A stretch of 64,000 bases of DNA from assembly GCA_965197905.1 (NCBI GenBank), contig CBDAOB010000004.1, forward strand, positions 1,760,001 through 1,824,000. Reading direction: 5' to 3'. This DNA is from Candidatus Latescibacterota bacterium. GTDB lineage: Bacteria; Latescibacterota; UBA2968; UBA8231. A program made the translations under genes and the position numbers. This document shows, one piece after another, positions 28,667 through 38,971 of this stretch; positions within the stretch are counted from its first letter, which is position 1; every line of letters begins with the position of its first letter. Under the pieces are notes generated by a model. It was given only the letters and a program-made list of their open reading frames with translations. It did no database searches and had not been told where the DNA came from.

Positions 28667-30709
28667 TCATACCAGAATTGGCACGAGTACCAGGGATAAA
28701 ACGGACATGAGCTTGATCAAAATATTCATCGACGGTCCGGTGGTGTCTTTGAAGGGGTCACCGACGGTATCGCCAACGACGGCGGCTTTGTGTGAGTCAG
28801 ATCCCTTGCCTCCCAGGTTCCCCTCTTCGATCCATTTCTTGGCGTTGTCCCAAGCACCTCCGCTATTGGACATCAACAGGGCCAGTAGAACCCCACTTAC
28901 CGTGGCCCCAGCCAACATCCCGCCTAACGCGACAGGGCCTAGAAGGAATCCCACCACCAAAGGTGCGAGGACGGCAAGCAGACCAGGCAGGATCATCTCC
29001 TTGAGAGCAGCGGCGGTGCTGATATCGATGCAACGTTTGGTATCGGGTTTGCCGGTGCCCTCCATGATACCCGGAATCTCCCTGAACTGACGTCGCACCT
29101 CTTCGACCATCTTGAATGCGGCGCGACCAACGGCGGTCATGGTCATCGCGCCGGCGAGATACGGGATCGCCGCCCCGATGAATAGTCCTATTACGACGAT
29201 AGGCGAAGTGACATCGATTACGATAGGAGCACCTGTCTCTACCTCAACGGCGGCTGTAAAGGCTGAAAACAGGGCCAAGGCCGTGAGCGCGGCAGAACCG
29301 ATGGCGAACCCCTTGCCAATCGCTGCGGTGGTGTTTCCAAGTGAGTCGAGACTGTCGGTAATCTTGCGGACATCCTCGCCGAGGCCGGACATCTCGGCTA
29401 TGCCTCCGGCGTTGTCGGCGATCGGACCGTAAGCATCCACGGACATGGTGATGCCGACGGTCGACAGCATGCCCACCGCAGCTATGCCGATGCCATAGAG
29501 GCCGGCCGCATCGTGGGCCAGATAGATCGCCAGCACGATTCCAAGAACTGGAAGCGCCGTACTCTCCATGCCTACGGCAAGGCCGGTGATGATATTGGTG
29601 GCGGAACCGGTCTTGGACGCCTCGGCGATGTTGCGGATCGGTTTTCCGCCGGTGTAATATTCGGTGAGCAGTCCGATGATGATTCCCGCGAGCGCTCCAC
29701 ACAAAACAGCCCAGAAGGTTCCCAACTCAAGATTGAGATTGACCGTGATGTAATAAGCGCCGACAAGCATCAAACCCGCGGCGACGAAGGTGGCATATCG
29801 CAACGCCGCACCCGGGTCCCAGTTCTGGAGAATCCGAACGGCAAAGACACCAACGATCGAAGCGACCAACCCGACGATAATGACCATGAGCGGATAGGCC
29901 ATGAGTGCCAGCCGGGCATTCGCCTCGGTCAAGTTGGGTCCGAGGGTGGATAGCATCGCGGTAGAAGCCGTTGCGGCGATGGCGATACTGGCGATGACCG
30001 AACCGACATAGGACTCAAAGATGTCCGCGCCCATACCGGCCACGTCGCCGACGTTGTCGCCGACGTTATCAGCGATAGTCGCCGGATTCCGGGGATCGTC
30101 CTCTGGGATACCCGCTTCCACCTTGCCGACCAGGTCAGCCCCCACGTCGGCGGTCTTCGTGAAGATGCCACCGCCCACGCGGGCAAACAAAGCGATAGAA
30201 CTTGCCCCCATTGCGAACCCGCTGATCGCTGACGCGTTGGACGAATTTCCCCAGATGCCGAAGGCAAGTGCCAGGCTCGAGATGCCGAGCATGCCGAGAC
30301 TCGCAACCGCCAACCCCATCACCGCACCACCGCTAAAAGCCATGCTCAAGGCGGGTCCCTGGCCATGTTCGCTGGCGGCGTTTGCCGTGCGCACGTTGGC
30401 TCGGGTCGCCGCCTTCATGCCGGCGAACCCGGCCGCGATCGAACAGGCGGCACCGGTGAGAAACGCATACGCCGTGCGCTCGTTTACGCTGGTGTAGAGC
30501 AGTGCAAAGACGACGATGATGAAAATCAAGAGCATGGAATACTCACGGCGAAGAAACGCCATCGCGCCTTCGTGCACACTGGCGGATATTTCTGTCATTA
30601 AGGCGCTGCCTTCAGGCTTCCGCGTGATGGACCAGTAGAGCAACAGGGCAAGGATCAACCCGGCCGCTGCTACATACGGAGCCATCGAAACCCAAGAAGA
30701 AATACTCAA
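28667..30709 (-). CDS. hppA: Membrane pyrophosphatase, K+-dependent, probably Na+-translocating
   Basis: [42 protein letters not shown]. Confidence 0.95.
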   Translation of the reverse strand: MSISSWVSMAPYVAAAGLILALLLYWSITRKPEGSALMTEISASVHEGAMAFLRREYSMLLIFIIVVFALLYTSVNERTAYAFLTGAACSIAAGFAGMKAATRANVRTANAASEHGQGPALSMAFSGGAVMGLAVASLGMLGISSLALAFGIWGNSSNASAISGFAMGASSIALFARVGGGIFTKTADVGADLVGKVEAGIPEDDPRNPATIADNVGDNVGDVAGMGADIFESYVGSVIASIAIAATASTAMLSTLGPNLTEANARLALMAYPLMVIIVGLVASIVGVFAVRILQNWDPGAALRYATFVAAGLMLVGAYYITVNLNLELGTFWAVLCGALAGIIIGLLTEYYTGGKPIRNIAEASKTGSATNIITGLAVGMESTALPVLGIVLAIYLAHDAAGLYGIGIAAVGMLSTVGITMSVDAYGPIADNAGGIAEMSGLGEDVRKITDSLDSLGNTTAAIGKGFAIGSAALTALALFSAFTAAVEVETGAPIVIDVTSPIVVIGLFIGAAIPYLAGAMTMTAVGRAAFKMVEEVRRQFREIPGIMEGTGKPDTKRCIDISTAAALKEMILPGLLAVLAPLVVGFLLGPVALGGMLAGATVSGVLLALLMSNSGGAWDNAKKWIEEGNLGGKGSDSHKAAVVGDTVGDPFKDTTGPSMNILIKLMSVLSLVLVPILV

Positions 30710-30750
30710 CTGCGACCTCCCTTAGTCTGTGATATGTGTTTCACTCACGC

Positions 30751-31308
30751 TCAATTGTTAAACGAGTTCATCGCTGAATCGATGCCGTCGGCCACGAAAA
30801 ACTTGAGGGCATCGCAAGCGTGTTCAGTGGTCGCCTGCAGATCGTCCCCAGGGGCGAAATCCCCCAATACGTAGTCGGAGAGATCCGCTTCCTCCGGTGG
30901 CGGGCCGATGCCCAGCCGTACTCGTGGTATCTCCTGGCTGCCCACTTCTTTGATGATGGAGGCGAGACCGTTGTGGCCTCCGTCTCCGCCTCGTGGTCGA
31001 ATACGCAAACGGCCGAACGGTAACGCCGCGTCGTCGAGGACGACGATCATGTCCTGGGTTTCGAAACCCAGTCGATCGCGCAGACGGGCAAATGCGAGAC
31101 CGCTGCGATTCATATACGTCTGAGGTTTGACCAAAAGCGCGTTGAGCGTGCCCCGTTGCAAACGAGCGACAATGCTTTCGGCCGCGTCGTCGGTGTGCCA
31201 CGTTCCAGCGGCTTCCCGCGCCAGTCGGTCGAGGACCATAAAGCCGATGTTATGGCGGGTGGACACGTATTTCGGCCCGGGATTACCAAGACCGAAGATG
31301 ACCTTCAC
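30751..31308 (-). CDS. pth: Peptidyl-tRNA hydrolase
   Basis: GLGNPG, TRHNIGF, KPQTYMNRSG, GGHNGL. Confidence 0.95.
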   Translation of the reverse strand: MKVIFGLGNPGPKYVSTRHNIGFMVLDRLAREAAGTWHTDDAAESIVARLQRGTLNALLVKPQTYMNRSGLAFARLRDRLGFETQDMIVVLDDAALPFGRLRIRPRGGDGGHNGLASIIKEVGSQEIPRVRLGIGPPPEEADLSDYVLGDFAPGDDLQATTEHACDALKFFVADGIDSAMNSFNN

Positions 31309-31321
31309 CAGACTCGACCAA

Positions 31322-32017
31322 TCACGCCCCCTCTCCGGCTTCTTCGTCAGCGCCTTCGGGAGCGGCGTCCTCTGCAGCGGCTTCACCCTCCTCACCTTCG
31401 ATGGCCTCTTCTTCTTCAACAACGTCCTCTTCTATCACTCGCGGCGCCAGGACGGTGAGAATCGTCTGCTGTGGCTCGGAAGTGATGCGCTCTTCGTGCT
31501 CCAACAGGTCGCTGACGCGCACGCTGTCTCCGACCTCCAGCGGCGTGACGTCGACCTCGATGCGACTCGGCATCTCCCCTACGGGACATTCCATCTCCAC
31601 CGATTGCTGCGTTTGCTGCAAAGCGCCGCCCGAGCGCACACCGGCGGCAAGGCCAGTCATGGTTACTGGTACATTGACCCGCAGCACCTCCTCGGGATCG
31701 ATCCGCAGAAGGTCGAAATGAAGAATCTCACCCCTTACCTTATGGTACTGGATCTCGCGGACGATGGCCCGTTCGGACGCCCCGTTGTGGCGCACCAGGA
31801 AAATAGCGTTCGAACCGCCGGTACTCATGGCGCGTTCCAGGGTCAGGGCTTCCGTCTTCAGGTGATACGGATCCTGCGTGTGGCCATACAAGACCCCGGG
31901 AAGCATGCCCTGCTCGCGGCGCAATTTGCCCACGGCACCCTTGCCTTGCTCTTGGCGATCCTCTACCTCGAGGCCGATCTCCTCCCTTTGGTACACTTGC
32001 ATCGATATTGATACCAT
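31322..32017 (-). CDS. rplY: 50S ribosomal protein L25/Ctc
   Basis: LPGVLYG, REIQYH, LHFDL, acidic tail; AGGAG RBS. Confidence 0.93.
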   Translation of the reverse strand: MVSISMQVYQREEIGLEVEDRQEQGKGAVGKLRREQGMLPGVLYGHTQDPYHLKTEALTLERAMSTGGSNAIFLVRHNGASERAIVREIQYHKVRGEILHFDLLRIDPEEVLRVNVPVTMTGLAAGVRSGGALQQTQQSVEMECPVGEMPSRIEVDVTPLEVGDSVRVSDLLEHEERITSEPQQTILTVLAPRVIEEDVVEEEEAIEGEEGEAAAEDAAPEGADEEAGEGA

Positions 32018-32040
32018 CGATTGGTCTCCTGAATTACAAT

Positions 32041-32115
32041 TGGCTGCCCGGCGAGGATTTGAACCTCGATAGACGGAACCAAAATCCGTTGTCCTGCCAA
32101 TTGAACGACCGGGCA
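32041..32115 (-). tRNA. tRNA-Gln (UUG)
   Basis: 75-nt cloverleaf TGCCCGG...ACGGA-TTTTGGT-TCCGT...CCGGGCAGCCA. Confidence 0.95.
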
Positions 32116-32127
32116 ACCATATTTAGC

Positions 32128-32997
32128 TCAACGTGACAAACCCACCGGCTTGCACAAAAAAGACCGGAACCCCTGCGCTTGCAGCTTTGTTGCGGCTGAC
32201 GAAGCGGCGGTCCGGTCCTCGAAGACGCCGAACAAACAGGACCCGCTTCCCGACATACTCAGGAATCGGGCGCCTGTGGAACCGAGTGTATGGCTCAGCT
32301 CCGCGACGATGGGATAGGCGCGCTCGACCATCGGTTGGAAATCGTTTTCCAACGTGGAACAGAGCTCCACTAGATCAACGCACCCGCCGCTTAGCGAGTC
32401 GATGAAAGTAAGGTATGGTGTATTTTCTGTCAACGATCCCTGCAGCGCGGAATAGGCCCACGCCGAGCTGATCTCCACCCCCGGGTAGGCCAGAACGAAG
32501 GTGATGTTTCCCGTGGTCGAAATCGGTGAAATCCGTTCGCCACGACCGCGGACCACGGCGCAGCCGCCGTTGATCAGGAAAGGCACATCCGACCCCAGCT
32601 GCTGCCCCAGGGTCTGCAAGGCCGCATGACTCAAGCGATCCCCGCTGCAGCGGTTCATCGCTCTCAAGACAGCCGCCGCGTCGGCGCTGCCGCCCCCAAG
32701 ACCCGCGCCGACCGGAATCTTCTTTTCCAGGTGGATTTCGAAGGAATCCGTGTCCGAAACCTCCTCCTGGAACAGGTGCAACGCTTTCATGGCGAGATTG
32801 TTCTCGTTCGTTGGCAAGGAGGGGTCGGAGCACACGAGGCGATTCTCAGGACTCTGCCGAAAATGCAGGACATCGGCCAAATCGACAGTTTGGAAGATGC
32901 TGCAGATATTGTGATAGCCATCCGACCGAGGGCCGAGTATCTTCAGACCTAGGTTGATTTTGGCCCACGCTGGCTCGCTGAGATCTGCCTTGTTCAC
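32128..32997 (-). CDS. ispE: 4-(cytidine 5'-diphospho)-2-C-methyl-D-erythritol kinase
   Basis: AKINLGL, IPVGAGLGGGSADAA, GSDVPF, MSGSGS. Confidence 0.96.
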   Translation of the reverse strand: MNKADLSEPAWAKINLGLKILGPRSDGYHNICSIFQTVDLADVLHFRQSPENRLVCSDPSLPTNENNLAMKALHLFQEEVSDTDSFEIHLEKKIPVGAGLGGGSADAAAVLRAMNRCSGDRLSHAALQTLGQQLGSDVPFLINGGCAVVRGRGERISPISTTGNITFVLAYPGVEISSAWAYSALQGSLTENTPYLTFIDSLSGGCVDLVELCSTLENDFQPMVERAYPIVAELSHTLGSTGARFLSMSGSGSCLFGVFEDRTAASSAATKLQAQGFRSFLCKPVGLSR

Positions 32998-33003
32998 GCG
33001 ATC

Positions 33004-33032
33004 TTGACCTTGTTTTTCTGCGGTCGTATTAT
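33004..33032 (+). promoter_or_regulatory. Putative sigma70 promoter for the TPR gene
   Basis: TTGACC-17 bp-TATTAT. Confidence 0.5.
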
Positions 33033-33050
33033 CATGATAAATACCGACTT

Positions 33051-36000
33051 ATGACCATTCATCTCAAATTCACGAGGACCGTGCAACGGATCTTGATGCC
33101 GCTAACGGCGGTGATCCTCATGCACCAGATGGCAGCGTCGCAGGACGGCGCCGAAGACGCCTTCAAGTTCGCCCGCAATCTCTACAAGGATGCCGGTGAC
33201 TTCGCTACGTCGGCCGAGCTCTTTAGCGAGTTCATCCGCAATTTCCCCCGCAGCGAGCGTTTGGCCGAAGCGCGGCTCATGCGGGCGCGGTCGCTGAAAA
33301 ACAGCGGCCGCTGCGACCTCGCCATCAAGGCGTACGAGGATTTCTATCTGGGACACCCCGACCATCTGAGCACCGCGGCGGCACGCGCCGAACGCGCCGC
33401 TTGTCTTCACCAACGCGAGCGCTATGTAGAAGCAGCACAGGCATTTGAGGAAGTTCAGGCGCGCTTCAGTGAAAGCCAGTTTGCCGCCTCTGCGTTGCTC
33501 GACGCGGCCGCCAATTATAGCCAGGGGGGCCAGGTCGAACAAGCGGCTCGCGCCTATCGCAAACTGGCGGCTGAATACGGTGACGAGGAGGCAGCGCAGA
33601 CCGCGCGTTACCGCTTGGCTGAGCTCGCCATCGCTCGCGGGGAGGGGGAGCAGGCACAGCGCTCGCTGCAACAGATCGCCGATGCCGACCCGCCGTCCGC
33701 GCTGGCTCCCAGCGCCCTGCTTTTTGCGGGCCGCATCCATCTGTTTCTTGGCGGTTTCGAAGCCGCCGAAAAGGTTTTCGACACCCTGAACACACGATTC
33801 CCCGCCTCTGCCCAGAGGGACAGCGCCGCCTTGGGAAGAGCGCGCTACCTCCTCGAACGCCGACACTTTAGCGCCGCCGCCGACGCTTTTGCCACAGCGG
33901 AGAACCAAATAGCGGACGCCCGCTTGCAAAAGGAGGCCGCCTTGGGCCAGGCTGATTCCCGCCGGCTGGCGGGAAAGCCGGAGGTCGCCATCGGTCAGTA
34001 CCGCACCCTGCTCGGAGACGACACCGCGATGCCGGTTGAGGTGCTGCTGCCGGCCCAGCTAGGACTGGCCATCTCGCTGGGGGAGATCGGTGACGTAACG
34101 GCTGCCGTGGGGCTGTTCCACGCGCTCATGGAGTCGGCCACCGGTTCCAGTCCAGCGCTAGAGAGCATGCGCGAGCTCGGGGTACTCTACCGCAAGCAGG
34201 GGGACTTTCAGCGCTCGGTCGTCTGGTACCAACGCTACCTCGAGCAGGCGGAAAACGCACCCGATCGCCGGCGCGTGCGTCTCGATCTTGCCCGTGTCTT
34301 TATGCGCCTCCAACTCCACGACGACGCGATTTCGATCTTCTACGAGCTAATGGGTAACGGCACCACCGAAGCCCACATGGGACTGGCGGAAACCCTGGAG
34401 CGGAGCGGACAGAAAAGGCGGGCGTTGCGCGAGTATGCGGCGTTTGTGGATCGCCATCCCGATCATCCGCTGGTCGACCGCGCTCGCGACCGCGCCGAGT
34501 ACCTGCGCCGCTATGCAGTGATGGATGCCGAAAGACTCGAGCGCCTTCTCCAACAGGCCTGGATGGATGAGTTGAACGGCACGCCGCGGGAGATCGTGCA
34601 GCTGGATGTCGCCGCCGGACTCTTCGACCTCCACGATTTTCCCAATGCGGTGCGCACCTTCGAGACCTACGTCGCTGCCTATTCGGAGAGCCCCTACGCA
34701 CCCAAGGCGCAGTACTTTCTGGGAGAAAGCCTGATCCAGCTGGCGCGTCAACGGCGGTTGGAGGGCCTGCAAACCGCCGCAGATTCGCTGGAGGCCCTTG
34801 CGCTCCAAGAATTTCGCATTCTCGGGGGCGAGCCCAAGGGAGAATGGGGCCAGCGAGCGGTCATCAGGAGACTCGAGTTGGAGGCCGCCGCTCAACCCGA
34901 TTCAGCGCGGTACGCCATGCTCGAGGTTGGATTGACCGCGTTTCTGCAGACCCATCCCGAATCCGCCGAGTTAGGCCTGCTCGGGTTGGCCGATGCCCGA
35001 CGCAATCAACACCCGTGGGACCGCGGCAAGCTCGACCAGGCGATCGCGGATTATCGCCGCTTCATTGCCCGGTTCCCCGACTCCGCCAAGCGGTCAACCG
35101 CGCTGTACGGGCTGGGACGTTCCTTTGTGGAAAAGGGAAACTACAGCGCCGCCATCGACACTCTCGAGGAGTTGCTGGGTGCCGATTCCGGCTCCGAACT
35201 CAGCGCCGCCGCCCTTTACGAAATGGGCCAGCTCTTCAGACAACAACAAAAACTGGAAGAAGCTGCGGTCCGATACCGCGAGCTATTGTGGACCTTTCCA
35301 GCCTTCCCGCAACGCCGCCAGGTTCGGCTCAATCTGGCTGACATTCACTTCGATCTTGGCGAGTACGGGTTGGCCCTGAAGCTGTACCGGCAGTCGGCGC
35401 GCAACGCGTCAGAGGACGGCAGCGTCGGGCGCCGAATTGCCCGTTGCCATCAGCGCCAGGGTGAACAAGGCAAAGCCCTGACCCTTCTACAGGAGGTCAT
35501 AGCCAACGAACCGCAGGCCGCTGACCTCGACAGCCTCTCACTTACCATTGCGGATTTACTCGCCGCTGTGGGCCGACCCGTTGAGGCGGCGCGAAAGTAC
35601 CTTCAGTTGAGCCGCGAATTGCCGGAAAGCCCACTGGCGACCACCGCCGCTTTAAAAGCGGCAAACCTGCATTTCGAAATGGAGCACTATGCCGAGGCAC
35701 ACCAAATTTTCGACCCGGTGCTGCCTCGGGTGGAGGATGAGCAGACCCACGCCAGAGCGGTTCTCTCGCTCTTTCGAGCCGCCGAAACCGATAAGGCGCG
35801 AGTAGCGGCCAAACGGTTCAGAAAAGAATTCGGCAAGCAGTCCACCTGGCTGCAGCTTTTCCAGCTCGAAGAAGCTCAGTACCTTTTGGGAACGAAGGCG
35901 TACGACCCGGCGTTGAAGATCTTTCGCGAGGTCGCCGCAGGCAGCGGACCATGGGCGAGCGAGGGGGCCTATTTTGAGGCGACGACGCTGTGGGAGCAAC

Positions 36001-36701
36001 ACCATGCCGCGCCGACGGAAGAAAGCGGACCCAAGGCGTTGAGCGCTCAAGCCCGTTTTATCGAGACGTTCCCTGCGAGTGGGCGGATCTATGAGGTCCA
36101 CTGGCGACTGGGAAACTATCACTTCGGGCTGCGCGGCTATTTGCTGGCCGCTGCAGCGTACAAACGGATTCTTGACGGCGCGGCCGCCGCGGAACTCAAG
36201 GCGCAAGCCGTGTGGCAGCTGTTGGAATGTTACGCAAGAGTCTACGAATTTGACGAGGCCCATCGAGTGGCCCTGCGGCTTTTGCGGGAGTTTCCGGATC
36301 ATGTCAAGAGCCAACAGACGCACCTACGCATCGGCATTATCCTCATGGAGAAGGGTCAGTACGCCCAGGCCATCGCCCAGCTCCAAGGGGTTCTCGAGTG
36401 GGCTCGGGGCAACGATGCCTCCGAGGCCAGGTTCTATATCGGCGAGTCGTATCGCAATGTGGGAGAGTACCGGAAAGCGATCGAAGCGTACTATCGCGTC
36501 AGCTTTCACGGCGCAGAAGGGTTCAGTCAGTGGATCTCCTCCGCGGATTTCAAACGCGCCGAATGTCACGAGACCCTGAACGAACTGGCCACCGCAGAGA
36601 GTATTTATCTGCGCATCGTGCAGCGCGAGGGTACTGATAGTCCGCAGGGCGCGATTGCCGACAAAAGAATTGTGCAGCTGCGTCTGCGGGCTGAGAGATA
36701 G
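33051..36701 (+). CDS. Large secreted tetratricopeptide repeat protein (BamD/YbgF-like repeats)
   Basis: Signal-like N-terminus; many helical repeats with FP.S and A.Y.LG patterns across 1216 aa. Confidence 0.85.
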   Translation: MTIHLKFTRTVQRILMPLTAVILMHQMAASQDGAEDAFKFARNLYKDAGDFATSAELFSEFIRNFPRSERLAEARLMRARSLKNSGRCDLAIKAYEDFYLGHPDHLSTAAARAERAACLHQRERYVEAAQAFEEVQARFSESQFAASALLDAAANYSQGGQVEQAARAYRKLAAEYGDEEAAQTARYRLAELAIARGEGEQAQRSLQQIADADPPSALAPSALLFAGRIHLFLGGFEAAEKVFDTLNTRFPASAQRDSAALGRARYLLERRHFSAAADAFATAENQIADARLQKEAALGQADSRRLAGKPEVAIGQYRTLLGDDTAMPVEVLLPAQLGLAISLGEIGDVTAAVGLFHALMESATGSSPALESMRELGVLYRKQGDFQRSVVWYQRYLEQAENAPDRRRVRLDLARVFMRLQLHDDAISIFYELMGNGTTEAHMGLAETLERSGQKRRALREYAAFVDRHPDHPLVDRARDRAEYLRRYAVMDAERLERLLQQAWMDELNGTPREIVQLDVAAGLFDLHDFPNAVRTFETYVAAYSESPYAPKAQYFLGESLIQLARQRRLEGLQTAADSLEALALQEFRILGGEPKGEWGQRAVIRRLELEAAAQPDSARYAMLEVGLTAFLQTHPESAELGLLGLADARRNQHPWDRGKLDQAIADYRRFIARFPDSAKRSTALYGLGRSFVEKGNYSAAIDTLEELLGADSGSELSAAALYEMGQLFRQQQKLEEAAVRYRELLWTFPAFPQRRQVRLNLADIHFDLGEYGLALKLYRQSARNASEDGSVGRRIARCHQRQGEQGKALTLLQEVIANEPQAADLDSLSLTIADLLAAVGRPVEAARKYLQLSRELPESPLATTAALKAANLHFEMEHYAEAHQIFDPVLPRVEDEQTHARAVLSLFRAAETDKARVAAKRFRKEFGKQSTWLQLFQLEEAQYLLGTKAYDPALKIFREVAAGSGPWASEGAYFEATTLWEQHHAAPTEESGPKALSAQARFIETFPASGRIYEVHWRLGNYHFGLRGYLLAAAAYKRILDGAAAAELKAQAVWQLLECYARVYEFDEAHRVALRLLREFPDHVKSQQTHLRIGIILMEKGQYAQAIAQLQGVLEWARGNDASEARFYIGESYRNVGEYRKAIEAYYRVSFHGAEGFSQWISSADFKRAECHETLNELATAESIYLRIVQREGTDSPQGAIADKRIVQLRLRAER

Positions 36702-36746
36702 CAGGTAACGGGCAGTTCCGTCCGTTCCAAACAGGAGAGCTTGCAG

Positions 36747-37417
36747 ATGTCACATGTTTCCTTTTTGCGTCAGGTTCCTTTGTTCGAGAGCCTGGACGAC
36801 GCGGAGATCGATGCCCTCTCTGAGCTCACGTTCACGCGAACGTTTAATAAAGAGACCGTAATCATTCTGGCCGAGGAGGAGGGGGATACCTTGTTCATCA
36901 TCAAGGACGGCCAGGTCAAAGTCAGCATCGTCAGCGAAGAAGGCAGGGAAGTGATCCTGTCCCTCTTGAGGGGCGGAGCCGTCTTCGGCGAGCTTTCGCT
37001 GCTCGACGGCAAACCGCGTTCCGCCAACGTGGTGGCAACCGAAGACACCGAGCTGTTGATGCTGCGCCGCACCGACTTCATCCAGTTGATCTACAAGACC
37101 CCCAGATCGCTACCGCGCTTTTGGCCGAGCTGGCCTCCCGACTGCGCAAAACCGATCGCCAAATCGAGGGCCTGGCCCTGCTCGATGTGACCAGCCGCAT
37201 CTCGGAGACCCTGCTTCAGCTGGCCAGCGAACAAGGTAGCGAGTCGGAAGAAGGGGTCATCATCCGCAATCGGCCTACACACCAGGAACTGGCGAACATG
37301 TCCGGGACCACGCGGGAAACGGTTTCGCGCGTGCTCAAACGGCTGGAAAGTCAGGGGTATATCATCTCCAAGGGACGACAGCTGATCATCCTGCGGGAGG
37401 AGAGCTGGGCGAAATAG
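36747..37417 (+). CDS. Crp/Fnr family regulator; -1 frameshift in C5 run at 37099-37103
   Basis: FGELSLLDGKPRSA cNMP pocket; continues in the next frame as LASRLR...THQELANMSGTTRETVSR HTH. Confidence 0.9.
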
Positions 37418-37435
37418 GTTGCTCAAAGATCGGAC

Positions 37436-38971
37436 ATGGCTAAAGGACGCCGAATTCTAGTACTCACCCAGAACCCCGCGGTGGCAGAGCTGGGCTCAGA
37501 CGCGCTTGCAGCCAAAGGCCGTCAGGTGGTGCAGGTGCGCGATGTTCCCATGCTGCCGTCCTTGACTGATCGCGGGATCGACCTGGTTCTGGTGGATCTG
37601 AATCTGCCTGACACCTCCCTGCGCGACGCCGCCCGGCTGTTCGCTGCTCATCCCGAGATGCCCGTTCTCGTTTTGGGGACCCCGTCTTCGTCCATTTGGG
37701 AAAGCATTGCCCCGGGAAATCCGCTAGAGGTAGGCATAGCACCCCCGTACTCTGCTGACGACGTCAGGAAACGGGCGGAAAACCTGCTTGAGAGAGGACG
37801 ATTCCTGGCCGGCACGGAGCTCGTCGGCTCTTCCGCCGCCATGCGGGAGCTTCGCGAGCGCATTCTCCTGGTCGCACCTTCGATGGTGTCGACTATCCTC
37901 CTCACCGGCGAGAGTGGCTCGGGAAAGGACGAGGTAGCCCGCGCCATTCACGACCAGAGCCCGCGGCGGGATGCCCCGTTCAAACCGATAAACTGCGCCG
38001 CCATTCCAGACAACCTGCTGGAGAACGAGCTGTTCGGTCACGAGAAGGGGGCGTTTACCGACGCCAAGACCCAATACCGAGGGATCTTCGAGCAGGCCGA
38101 CGGCGGTACTGTTTTCCTCGACGAAATCGGCGAGATGTCCCTCGCCGCCCAGGTTCGTTTGTTGCGGGTTCTCGAACAGCGAGAGGTTACGCGCATCGGC
38201 GGCACCGCTGCTCTTGCCGTCGATATTCGGGTCATCGCCGCCACCAACAAGAATCTACAAGCGGCGGTGGGTGCACGTGAATTTCGTCGCGACCTTTACC
38301 ACCGCCTCAAAGTGGTAGAACTCGCCATTCCGCCTCTGCGGCGCCGAGCCCAGGACATCCCGGAACTGCTCGAGCACTTCCGCGAGCAGTTTGGGCGGCG
38401 GGAGGAGACCCGTTTCAATGGTTTTTCAGAAGCGGCGATACGCCTGCTGACGGAGTACGCGTGGCCGGGCAATGTGCGTGAGCTTCGCAACCTCGTAGAA
38501 CACATGGTGTTTCTCGGCCCCAAGGGCAAAGTAGAGCCGGACGACATCCTGCCCCAGCTTGAAGGGGACGCCGGTGCCGAGCGCAGCCTTCCCGTACCCA
38601 CCTCCAAAACCCCCGATCAGTCGGAGCGCGAACTCATTTATTTCGCCCTCTTGGACTTGAAGCGCGAGGTTTCCGCCTTGCGCGATGCCGTCGAAAAACG
38701 GGTCGTCGACCCGACACCCGGCCCGGTACAACCGGTCTACCAGTACGAAGACGCTCCCTTCGCGCCATCCGCTACTGATGCGGCCGCAGCCAGAGCGGTC
38801 GTTGCCGAACCCGACCCGGAGGAAGAAGGGGCTACTCTCAAGGCGCTGGAACGGGATGCCATCGAGCGTGCCCTGAATCAAGTCCGGGGCAACCGCCAGA
38901 AAGCGGCAGAAATGTTGGGAATTGGCGTGCGCACCCTCTACCGCAAGCTTCACGAATACAACCTCAAGTGA
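37436..38971 (+). CDS. Sigma-54 dependent Fis-family transcriptional activator with receiver-like N-terminus
   Basis: GESGSGKD, ELFGHEKGAFTDA, FLDEIG, WPGNVREL, C-terminal RTLYRKL HTH. Confidence 0.93.
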   Translation: MAKGRRILVLTQNPAVAELGSDALAAKGRQVVQVRDVPMLPSLTDRGIDLVLVDLNLPDTSLRDAARLFAAHPEMPVLVLGTPSSSIWESIAPGNPLEVGIAPPYSADDVRKRAENLLERGRFLAGTELVGSSAAMRELRERILLVAPSMVSTILLTGESGSGKDEVARAIHDQSPRRDAPFKPINCAAIPDNLLENELFGHEKGAFTDAKTQYRGIFEQADGGTVFLDEIGEMSLAAQVRLLRVLEQREVTRIGGTAALAVDIRVIAATNKNLQAAVGAREFRRDLYHRLKVVELAIPPLRRRAQDIPELLEHFREQFGRREETRFNGFSEAAIRLLTEYAWPGNVRELRNLVEHMVFLGPKGKVEPDDILPQLEGDAGAERSLPVPTSKTPDQSERELIYFALLDLKREVSALRDAVEKRVVDPTPGPVQPVYQYEDAPFAPSATDAAAARAVVAEPDPEEEGATLKALERDAIERALNQVRGNRQKAAEMLGIGVRTLYRKLHEYNLK

